Below, piece after piece: positions 9,148-18,153 of a stretch of 25,199 nucleotides of DNA; the stretch's first letter is position 1, and every line of letters starts with the position of its first letter. Position numbers and translations under genes: made by a program. Origin of the DNA: a bacterium (GTDB taxonomy: Bacteria; SAR324; NAC60-12); the NCBI GenBank assembly GCA_965233585.1, contig CBDDTI010000098.1, positions 1 to 25,199 of the forward strand, in the 5' to 3' direction. The notes under the pieces were generated by a model. It was not told where the DNA came from. It searched no databases and worked only from the letters and a program-made list of their open reading frames with translations.

Positions 9148-10087
9148 TCAGCCTGATCCTGTACTTCCAGAGTTGTTTGACCCGTTACCAGGCTGTTGAT
9201 AAACTGAAGGCATAGGAACGTCTACGCCGTGCATAATGTTGTTGGCCAGAGCCAAAGCTTGCATCACGGTTAAACAAGTCACCCTGAACGTTTCCCTAGT
9301 CATTTCATCTCTTTTGAACGCAAATTCCAGCGGTGTTAACTGAAACAGATTCCCCATCCACTTAGATGCCCTCTCCAGCAAATAGGAAATTTGCCCATAG
9401 GCTGCCATTTCCTCTTGGCGTGACAGAGGCAATCGTAGCGCGGTTTGCCTGAGCTGTGCTTCTGTTAACACCTCGGGAATGGGAATGTTCCACCTCTCGA
9501 ATCGAACAAGTTTGCCTCCGCTGTAAATCGGCACCACATCGTATTTTTGACAACAACTGAGCTTTGTAAGGCGCCTTTTCACAGCTTCGGACATACCTGC
9601 CTCGAGTCTCAAGTTTCTGATAAATTGACTAGTGCTAGAGCTGGTGATAGGGGTCGGGGGTGCGGACGAGGGTGAAGGCTGTACAAATAAATTGGGGTTT
9701 GGAACTGAGGAAAACCGGAACCGTGATGTCACAGGCCTCCAAGTATTTGGAGCATAGGCCTGTGGCGCGGGTCTGGAGGAAACTGTGGGTGAAGCGGTTT
9801 GAAATAAATTCAGGATTGGGTATAGAGGTAGGGTTGACGGTAGGTGCCAGATTGATTCTTTTGAATCCCGCTGGACCGGCCTCCAAACCCTTGGCTTCGC
9901 TCAAAATCCTCTCACCCTCTTTCTGTGCTTCCTTTCTTGCCCTTTTTGCTCTCTTTGCCAGCACTCTGATTTTCAAAGGATCAGCTGTCTTCTTAATGTA
10001 AAATTCTTTCTTTTGCGACATCTTGCTGTTCATTTTGCTAGGACTTAGTTCTGAAAAGGAGGAGGTGGTGACATAATTATTTTCCAT
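9148..10087 (-). pseudogene. Unknown ~312-aa protein gene, probably one ORF broken by a +1 frameshift near 9811 (track ORFs 9635-10120 and 9148-9732)
   Basis: ATG at 10087 lies just after acceptor CAG|G; the internal repeat TSIPNP/NLFQ..SP vs SSVPNPNLFVQPSP aligns only if G9811 is removed. Confidence 0.55.
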
Positions 10088-10755
10088 CCTGATCAGAAAA
10101 AGGCTAGGCCATAAAAGCAAATTTGAAAAAAAGTTGAAGTTGCAAAATATGAAATGATCAAAAGGTTTTAACTTTACCTTAGAGACTGGAGCAGTAGATA
10201 TTGAAATCCTTAAACAGGTTTGGGGGTGTTTTTTCCTTGAGATGGATGGAAGGCAGAGAAGTTCTGAAAAAAACAGGTGTCAACATTAGTTGAGAGACAA
10301 GATCAAAATTTCAAAAGTAGTTTTTTTTTCCCACATACCTCAGTGATAGATGTTAAAATCTTCAAACAGAGTTTTTTCCTTTTGATGGATGGAAGTGAGG
10401 AGGTGGGAAAATTCTTCTGAAAAGAAGGTGATGACAAGATTAGTCTGACTAAAAAAAAAAACTGAAAATTGAGAGTTTCCATTCTGAACAGAAAAAGGCT
10501 AGGCCATAAAAGCAAATGTGAAAAAAAGTTGAAGTTGCAAAATATGAAATGATCAAAAGGTTTTAACTTTACCTTTGAGACTGGAGCAGTAGATGTTGTA
10601 ATCCTTAATCAGGTTTGGGGGTGTTTTTTTTTCCTTGTGATGGATGGAAGGCAGAGAAATTCTGAAAAACTGAAAGTTGAGAGAAAATATTAGGAAAAAA
10701 AAAGTTAAAGTTGCTAAGATCAAAATTTCAAAAAGTTTTTTCCACTTACCTTTCA
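10082..10755. repeat. ~400-bp-period direct duplication carrying repeated minus-strand splice sites
   Basis: 10082-10270 closely matches 10477-10669; 10299-10343 resembles 10716-10755. Confidence 0.85.
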
Positions 10756-10826
10756 GTTAAAATCCTGTAGATGTTTTGTCTTGGAAAGTGAAATGATAAT
10801 AGCTGTTGCACACACAATAACTCTCA

Positions 10827-10832
10827 TTTATA
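10827..10832 (-). promoter_or_regulatory. Candidate TATA box for the leftward spliced gene
   Basis: TATAAA on the minus strand ~80 bp upstream of the first strong donor AG|GTAAGT (10749). Confidence 0.4.
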
Positions 10833-11220
10833 TGCAACATTTTCCCCCACCCACCACCTGCGTGAGAGGGAGAAAAAAGGAAGAAAAGAAAGCAGCACAC
10901 TTTTTTCAATTATACCTTTGTCACAAAGGTTAATTTCAAAAAAAACTGAAAGACATTCCATGGAGCCACAGATGAGAGATTACCCATTTGGATTTCTTTT
11001 ATTTTCACAGTAGTTTGTCCCTGGGAAGCAAGATGTCAGCATCTGGTCATGCTCATCCATCAAAATTGATTTGTCTAATTTCCTTTTTTGAAGAAAAATC
11101 TCTGGGGTTAGACCTTTTTCCATTATTTTTCAAACATAGATACATTAATTAGAACTAGCTTGTGGGAGGGGAGGAAAAAAAGACATAATGCATGGACAGG
11201 TGACTTTTTTTAAAAGAAGA

Positions 11221-11411
11221 TGAGTTTATTTTTCTGACAGAGATTGATTTATCCAAAACTGAGCCCCATGGCTTCCAAAAAAGTCAGCTTTCTCTTTTAT
11301 TTATTTGAAAAACCTTTTCCAAAACAATTGAGTTGATTTTTCTGGCAGAGATTGATTAATGCAAGCTGTGCTCAATGACTTCCCCAAGAAAGTAGGCTTT
11401 CTCTTTTGTTT
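11221..11411 (+). repeat. Imperfect ~83-bp direct repeat x2 in the divergent intergenic region
   Basis: TGAGTTTATTTTTCTGACAGAGATTGATT...GCTTTCTCTTTTATTTA vs TGAGTTGATTTTTCTGGCAGAGATTGATT...GCTTTCTCTTTTGTTTA. Confidence 0.75.
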
Positions 11412-11552
11412 AACAATATCTGGAGGCAAAAAAATTCCTACAAAACTGGAGAGTCCCCCAAAATTATAGCTCAGTCTGCTCAGACAAGTTCATCTATTAA
11501 CACCTTTCAGCTAGTCTAAATTTAAGAACAAGGTTTTTTCCTGACTTCAAAC

Positions 11553-12673
11553 ATGGGCTCATTGAAATCTCTGAAGAATGGCAAAAAGAAAGCAGAGATC
11601 GAGGAGAAGAACAAACTCAAGATCAAAATCAAGAAAGTGGCGAAAGAGGGGCGTTCGAAAAGGTCTCCGCCCACGGTCATTAAGAAGTGCAAAAACTCTT
11701 CTTCTCAGAACAAGACCATTAAGAAGGTTGGTAGGAGCAGTTCAAAGGCAAATAAGGACAAAGGACATAAATTAGTAGCTGCGGAGGACGAGGACGAGGA
11801 GGGGGAAGATTCAGATGAGACAATGTCTCTGGCTGAAACCAGCGACTCTGACTGGGAGCAAGGTGATTCTGCTCATGCCATGTCAGACACTGAGACTGAT
11901 GTTGAAGATGAGGTGAGCGAAGATGATGAAGAAGAAGAGCCGATCAAAAAGAAACCGAAATCTGAAAAAAGCAGCAAGAAAAACCAAAAAAACAAATCAA
12001 ACTATTGCTATGATGAACCTCAGATTGTCAACAAGATTGAGCTGATTGATATGCCCAGGAAAAAGCAAATGCAAATTTTTGATCAAAGTCAGTGGAACAT
12101 AGCCAAGGCAGTAAGAACTGCCGAAATTGATATCGACAAATGGATGGAGCATCATTCGACCAGGGACAGTTATTTTTTCGGGGAGGACGAGGTAAGGGAA
12201 AAATAGTTCAACTTAATTAAAAAACTATGCAGTTGGTAAATTGTGCCATTTTCCCCTTCAGTATATTTACCCCAACTTCTCGACCATGCGAAAATTTGTG
12301 GAAGCATTGGCAAATGGTGAGGTAACACCACAGTCTGTCAGCTTGCCTTTTACTCCAATGAACAAGACCATCAGCAACAATCCAAAAGTTGTCATAGGTA
12401 TCAGTGGAGTGAGGCATCTTCAAAGAGCTGGGGGTCTGGCTGTTTGGCCAGTTTTTTATCTGTCCAAGGAACAAGTAAAATTATTTTACTTTAATAATTT
12501 GTCTATGATGATTCATTTCTTTTTCCTTTGTTTATTTCCAGTACAATGACAACAATAAATCTTTCAACACCAAGGTGCTGAGAGTCAATTTTCCTCTCCA
12601 TAAATTAGATGAAGTTGCAGAGGGTTTGCAAGAAATGGCACGTGGATTGGGATTCACACCTCCAGCTAAATGA
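11553..12673 (+). CDS. Three-exon 327-aa protein (11553-12191, 12262-12474, 12542-12673): Lys-rich, then acidic/Ser-rich N-terminus; globular C-terminus, possibly PC4-like
   Basis: Phase-0 introns GAG|GTAAGG...CCCCTTCAG| (70 bp) and CAA|GTAAAA...TTTATTTCCAG| (67 bp) give one continuous ORF. Confidence 0.8.
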
Positions 12674-13152
12674 AACAAAAGAAACTCAGTTGTGAACATA
12701 TGTCTTCTTGTTTTTCCATGAAATACAGAAAAATGAACACCCTGTAGGACTCTTCTGTCCAATTCTTCAAATATTCATGAAAAAAACTTTGCATAATTTC
12801 CTTTGACAGGCTTTTGATAAGAAGGGAAAAGGTCAAAAGCAGATCAATATATTCAGTTATAGGGAAAATTTGCAATGCACTGTTTTTTCATGACAAATGA
12901 AAGCTTTCTTTTCACACTTTGTCAGATTTTAGTGACATGGACTGAAACAAGACAAAACACATTTAGTTGTGAAAGTGTGAAATGAAACATGAGTCAGGTC
13001 AGTTTCTTGGCAATTAGGACAAGGCAGAACCTCCTAATTTAGTTTAGGAATGACTCATATTGCTTTGCTGTCTAAAAATATATAAAAATATATATGCAGA
13101 GATAAAATGAGGGGGGTGGGGAAGATTATTCTATGAGTTGGGAAAACATTCC

Positions 13153-13178
13153 ATATATATATATATATATATATATAT
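13153..13178. repeat. (AT)13 microsatellite
   Basis: Direct reading. Confidence 0.9.
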
Positions 13179-13586
13179 GAAGATCTCTCATAGAACATGA
13201 GATCCAATGAAAGAGGGGTGGGGAAGATTATCACTCTCACTTGAAAATTCATTCAATTTTTTTGAAAAAACTGGCACAGCCAACAAAAAAGAGGAATATG
13301 AAAAAATATCAAATTTCTCTGTGGCTCATCCGGGAAGAATTGGGAGATATGTGAGGGAACAGGTCAAGTCTGGACAGTCAGGTTGAGACAGAACATTCTA
13401 TTTAAATAGAAATGTCGCCAATTGCTCACTTTTTTGACATTCAATTTGCTTTTTGGCATTCAATTTGAAAAAATATCAAATTGGAAAACATTTCAAGACT
13501 CTGAATGCAAAAAGTCATTCAGATCTAAAAAAAGAAGCTGCAGCTCCAATATTTAGAAACATCAGATTAATAGAGCTCTTTCTTAT

Positions 13587-14106
13587 TTTCTGAAAACCTG
13601 TTGTGTAATTCCATTATTTCATGATGTATGTCAGTTAAAATAAAGTCCTGTGTAACCTTCTGTTTTTACATGTGATGGACAAATACAAAATGAAATATAC
13701 ATCTTTCTCTCATCATCAAAAAAGTTTATTATTGATATTCATTTCTGAAAACCTGTTGTGTAATTCCATTATTTCATGATGTATGTATGTTAAAATAAAT
13801 TCCTGTGTAACCCTCTGTTTTATATGTGATAGACAAATACAAAATGAAATATACATCTTTCTCTCATCATCAAAAAAAGTTTATTATTGATATTCCTTTC
13901 TGAAAACCTGTTGTGTAATTCCATTATTTCAAGATGTATGTATGTTAAAATAAATTCCTAACCCTCTGTTTTATATGTGATAGACAAATACAAAATGAAA
14001 TATACATCTTTCTCTCATCATCAAAAAAGTTTATTATTGATATTCCTTTCTGAAAACCTGTTGTGTAATTCCATTATTTCATGATGTATGTATGTTAAAA
14101 TAAATT
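13587..14106. repeat. ~155-bp tandem repeat, ~3.4 copies
   Basis: TTTCTGAAAACCTGTTGTGTAATTCC starts at 13587, 13742, 13897 and 14047. Confidence 0.93.
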
Positions 14107-14216
14107 TTGTGGCATTTTCATTTTGTAGGGGTAATTTTTACCCTCTGTGGCTAAGCTCTCTTCTCTGGCTCTCAGAACTTTTTTCTTCTGCCTCTCCCAG
14201 TTTATAGCTCATTTTC

Positions 14217-14756
14217 TCATCTTGTAGGGGTAATTTTTACCCTCTGTGGGGTAATTTTTACCCTCTGTAGGGAGCTTTTTTTTTTAGACAGAATTTTTAC
14301 TATATGTGAAACAATTCTCTCATTTCTACGTAGGGTGTTCCCATCAAACAGGGTGTGAAAAAGGGGAGGGTCACAATTAGGGTAAAAATTGACAAATAGG
14401 CAGAATGCTGCAGTGTGCCAGCCGCAAAATAACGAATCAAAATCTTGGATTGGGCGAGAGAGAACGCATTTAATTTTGCCACATCGTATCCATTTTTTTA
14501 GAAAATCAAAAAGGTGGGAATTGTAGATTGGTGGTAATAAAGCAAAACTATCGAAATACCACAATACATTGTCTCGGTCTATGTAGATGGCAATGAAGTG
14601 ACTCCCAGGATGATCAGCTTTGGACAGATTTATAATGGCAGAGCAGCACCTTCCCCACAAATTGAGAGGTACCCTGTCAACAGGGTATACTCCAATAAAA
14701 TTTTCACACTTTGGCAATAAAAAATTTTCTAGAAAATGATTGCTGAGACCAGACAT
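14217..14756 (-). CDS. Adenain-like cysteine (maturation) protease
   Basis: IINLS...PGSHFIA (His), YFDSF (Asp), IQ...LFCG (Gln/Cys). Confidence 0.92.
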   Translation of the reverse strand: MSGLSNHFLENFLLPKCENFIGVYPVDRVPLNLWGRCCSAIINLSKADHPGSHFIAIYIDRDNVLWYFDSFALLPPIYNSHLFDFLKKWIRCGKIKCVLSRPIQDFDSLFCGWHTAAFCLFVNFYPNCDPPLFHTLFDGNTLRRNERIVSHIVKILSKKKSSLQRVKITPQRVKITPTR

Positions 14757-14773
14757 CACGATCCTGTCTTTCT

Positions 14774-16108
14774 CTACTTCTCATCAGCTCTGATTACTTG
14801 GCCTTTTTCTTCGATTTTGATTCCAGAGTTGAAGATGGTGTAAGACAACAAATAGATAGGGTGATCGTGTGCTGATTTGAAGCCGAATTCAGCGTCCAAT
14901 TTCCCTGACTCGTCTGGATGGATATGGTATCCGTTGCACCGATCCGGAGTCAGGTCTGCGGTTAGAAAGCACCTTCCTGCCTTAAAAACCTCTTTCGTAA
15001 TACCGCAAGAATGATTCGATATCCCGAATCCGATACTGTCATACAGATGCCTGTACAAATCAATGAAATTGTCAGTGTCAAAGTCTGGCTGGAAAGGTTT
15101 GGGGAAAACGCATTGCCCGTTCTTGAACAAATTGAATCGATTTAAATCGAAATGTTGAAAATTGAATGGGTTTTTGTCGCTGCTGTGCGTCATGGCTTCA
15201 TTATGAATCATGACGAAAATGACTTGTTTAGGCAGGAGTCCGGAAGCCACGTTTGTCAACGAATAGGAGGTAACCCCTGGAGGTATTACAAATTGCTTCA
15301 ACTGAGTTCCTTTATACGGAATGTAGCAAGGCTCCTGAGTCAGTTTTAATTTGAATTGGTTCCTGAGCTGCTCTGTTGGTAAGACTTTTCTCATTTTCAA
15401 CTTCAAATCTTTTAAAATTATGTTAAAAGATTTGGAAGGCTCGTTGTGAAGAAGGCCAAATTTCGGGTTATTTCTCACGAGTTTGACTTTCAGATCCACA
15501 TTGGGTGGTAAATATTTATCAGTGTACATGATATCTGCCCCCAACCTGCTGCAGAAGTAGACTTTTTTTCCATTCTCTATCAGGCTTCTACGTTTTATCA
15601 AGTCAGCATCGTCAGCAGGGTCGTGTTTGTCTATTTGATTTTCATCTTCAACAAAGTAGCCCTCTGCTCTCAATTGACATTCTTTGCTCTCTCGATCATA
15701 AGAAAGCTCGGTTTGAATAAAATTTCTAAAAGGATAAGAGTTTGCCGTGCTTAAATCGCAGACTTGTGTTCCATTTATGTATATTTCCACTTGGCTGAAC
15801 AGATTGTGCGCAAAATTATTCGCCAAATACACTTTGTCAGTTGCCTTCACTTCCTTTTCATCATCTGTTTTGACAACAAAATGCCCAATCAGTCTGCTTT
15901 GGTCCAAAATGACGGAGCATTCTTCATCCCGTGGAATAACGAATTCAATCGGGCCGGAGTTGGTGACACTCGTAACACTGCTATAAATCACATCTCTCCC
16001 ATCCAAGAGACTAGTATCCTGTCCCAGCGGAGCATGAAGATCGAGAGCTTGTTCTATCAAATCGTCCTGCTCAACGGCAAGACCGCCGATACCGCCTTTT
16101 TCAGACAT
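14774..16108 (-). CDS. Major capsid protein 1 (Polinton-type double jelly-roll)
   Basis: GPIEFVIP, NLFSQVEIYING, YPFR, KYLPPNVDLKVKLVRN, LPKQVIF, NPFNFQHF and DLTPD, as in Polinton MCPs. Confidence 0.88.
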   Translation of the reverse strand: MSEKGGIGGLAVEQDDLIEQALDLHAPLGQDTSLLDGRDVIYSSVTSVTNSGPIEFVIPRDEECSVILDQSRLIGHFVVKTDDEKEVKATDKVYLANNFAHNLFSQVEIYINGTQVCDLSTANSYPFRNFIQTELSYDRESKECQLRAEGYFVEDENQIDKHDPADDADLIKRRSLIENGKKVYFCSRLGADIMYTDKYLPPNVDLKVKLVRNNPKFGLLHNEPSKSFNIILKDLKLKMRKVLPTEQLRNQFKLKLTQEPCYIPYKGTQLKQFVIPPGVTSYSLTNVASGLLPKQVIFVMIHNEAMTHSSDKNPFNFQHFDLNRFNLFKNGQCVFPKPFQPDFDTDNFIDLYRHLYDSIGFGISNHSCGITKEVFKAGRCFLTADLTPDRCNGYHIHPDESGKLDAEFGFKSAHDHPIYLLSYTIFNSGIKIEEKGQVIRADEK

Positions 16109-16191
16109 TGCAGAACTTTAACTTTTTTTCCCTCGCTCACTGTCACGCAAAAAAACTTCACCTTCTTAAATTAGTGTCACAATGCATTCAT

Positions 16192-17532
16192 CTAATATTT
16201 GAGTTTCGTTACTTGGAGATTTTTATCGATAACAATTCCGGAATTGTAGAAAGCATAAGAGATCAAAGTGTATGAATCATTAAGGGGCCTTGAAAAAGTC
16301 AAATCCAATTCAAGATTTCCGGCAACGGATGGGTGATGGTGGAAAGAATTACATTTGTCAGGGGTCAAATCAAATGCCAGAATTGTATACCCTTTTCTGA
16401 AATTCTTTAGCGTTACCAGGTTTTTGGTGCCTACGTTGCTTTGAAAATGCTCGTATAATTCAACATAATTACCGCTCGCAAAGTCACATTCGATGGGTTT
16501 TGGGAGTAGCGGTCTTCCGTTGTTTTTCAAATTAACACTTGATATATATGCGTGTTCAAAATAGAAATGTCTCGCATCATACTTCCTGGTCAAAAGCTTA
16601 CTCTTTACAAGCACGAAAATAATCTGATTAGGCAGAATTTGATCATTTATATGGTTCGCACTGTAGACGGTCGAATTTTCAGGAATATGGTGATGTATTA
16701 GCCGACTGTCTTTGTAAGGTAGGAAACAAGGTTCCTGAAGTAACTTAGTCTGAAACCGGTTGCGCACGCGTTCAGAGGCAAGCACCTTTCTCATGTGAAG
16801 CTTCAAATCTTTCAAAACAAAATTGAAAGTTTTGTCCGGTACTTCTTGATCAATGCCAAATGTCGGATTAAACCTTGACAATTTCATTTTGATCTCAACG
16901 TTCGGAGGTAAATACTTGTCCGTGTGTAAAATATCGGCCGGTATGGTCGAATTGAAATATACCTTTTTTCCATCCAAAATCATCTCGTGGAACTGAGTCC
17001 TATCTTTGCAATTATGAATTCTTCTAGCCTCCTCTGTGAACATCCAATAGCAATACTCCCTATGATCTTTGTAATAGCCTTCTGCTTTGCCTACATTATT
17101 GATGACATTCCAATGGTAGGAGAGAGAGGAATCAATATAATGCTTGAAGGGATAGGAGACTGGTGCACTTAAATCACAAACTTGTGTTCCGTTCAGATAG
17201 ATTTCAATTTGTGAGAACAAGCAGGCTCCCCAGTGATGCGATAACGTGACATTATCGTTTGATGTTACTGGGGTGCCGTCCTTATCCAGCACAACAAAGT
17301 GCCCCTCTAATCTCGCTTGATTGAGAATAAAAAAACATTCAGGGTCTGGAGGGATTTGAAACTCAACACCTTCAAGACCTTCAACAGGAGAAACACTGCT
17401 GTAGCACACGCTACGACCCTTTATCAGATCGTTTTCAGCTTCGAGAGGAGTGTGAAGATCTAGACTTTTCCCCTTCAACTCGTTGATTTCAACATTTAAT
17501 CCTCCCACGCCTGCGCGCATCAACGATGCCAT
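16192..17532 (-). CDS. Major capsid protein 2 (paralogue of MCP1)
   Basis: Collinear motifs LFSQIEIYLNGTQVCDLS, YPFK, TDKYLPPNVEIKMKL, LKDLKLHMRKVL, FDLTPDKCN; ATG at 17532 or 17520. Confidence 0.86.
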   Translation of the reverse strand: MASLMRAGVGGLNVEINELKGKSLDLHTPLEAENDLIKGRSVCYSSVSPVEGLEGVEFQIPPDPECFFILNQARLEGHFVVLDKDGTPVTSNDNVTLSHHWGACLFSQIEIYLNGTQVCDLSAPVSYPFKHYIDSSLSYHWNVINNVGKAEGYYKDHREYCYWMFTEEARRIHNCKDRTQFHEMILDGKKVYFNSTIPADILHTDKYLPPNVEIKMKLSRFNPTFGIDQEVPDKTFNFVLKDLKLHMRKVLASERVRNRFQTKLLQEPCFLPYKDSRLIHHHIPENSTVYSANHINDQILPNQIIFVLVKSKLLTRKYDARHFYFEHAYISSVNLKNNGRPLLPKPIECDFASGNYVELYEHFQSNVGTKNLVTLKNFRKGYTILAFDLTPDKCNSFHHHPSVAGNLELDLTFSRPLNDSYTLISYAFYNSGIVIDKNLQVTKLKY

Positions 17533-18086
17533 TTTCTCAAGCAAATGACGTGACTATTAGCAATATAAAACTGAGCTGCAAAATTGATCTCCTAGATGAA
17601 ACAACGATCTCCTTAAATAAGGAGGCGGACACAAGATCTCACGGGAATTTTACGGTGGTTAAAAAAAGATATGTCTACATTATTTTCAAAAAGCGGAAAA
17701 ACAAGCAGAGCTACCACGTGAACATCACCAAGGTTCCATCTTCAGCAGAGATAATGTCCTCGATTGACCAATTGAGCCGCATAATAACTAACAACTTTAT
17801 CGTGAAGTCTTATAACATTGAAAATATGACATGTTCTTTTGATGCAGGCTTTAACATTCCACTGATCGAGGTATTTGATCAATTGGAGAAAAAAAGCTTT
17901 GTCAAGAAAGCCCGATTCAACCCGGAAAGATTTCCTGGAATATTTGTGACTTTCGAATTCAACACAATTCTATTGTTTTCATCTGGAAAAATGGTAATAA
18001 TTGGAGCAAACGACATGCAAAGTGTGGAGGATAGCTTAGACAAAATCTTGCACTTTTTGAAACCTTATAAAGCACTGCAAATATAA
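17526..18086 (+). CDS. TATA-binding protein (TBP)-like, 186 aa, core domain only
   Basis: Second repeat IENMTCSFD..F.IPL...FNPERFPGI...TILLFSSGKMVIIGA matches the TBP signature; first repeat (ISNIKLS...YIIFKK...HVNITKV) is degenerate. Confidence 0.9.
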   Translation: MPFSQANDVTISNIKLSCKIDLLDETTISLNKEADTRSHGNFTVVKKRYVYIIFKKRKNKQSYHVNITKVPSSAEIMSSIDQLSRIITNNFIVKSYNIENMTCSFDAGFNIPLIEVFDQLEKKSFVKKARFNPERFPGIFVTFEFNTILLFSSGKMVIIGANDMQSVEDSLDKILHFLKPYKALQI

Positions 18087-18153
18087 ACTACCGCGTAGTT
18101 TGAACTTTACCGTAAAGGCATAAACACCGCCTCCCGCTGGAAACAAAAAAAGT

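Noticed and set aside
10303..10515. 70-aa ORF sharing an N-terminus with the 9635-10120 ORF
   Set aside because: Product of the local duplication; mostly intron-like poly-T sequence
15152..17172. Short plus-strand ORFs within the capsid genes (likewise 18088-18390, 18926-19180, 19542-19760)
   Set aside because: Antisense or out-of-frame to well-supported genes, with no motifs
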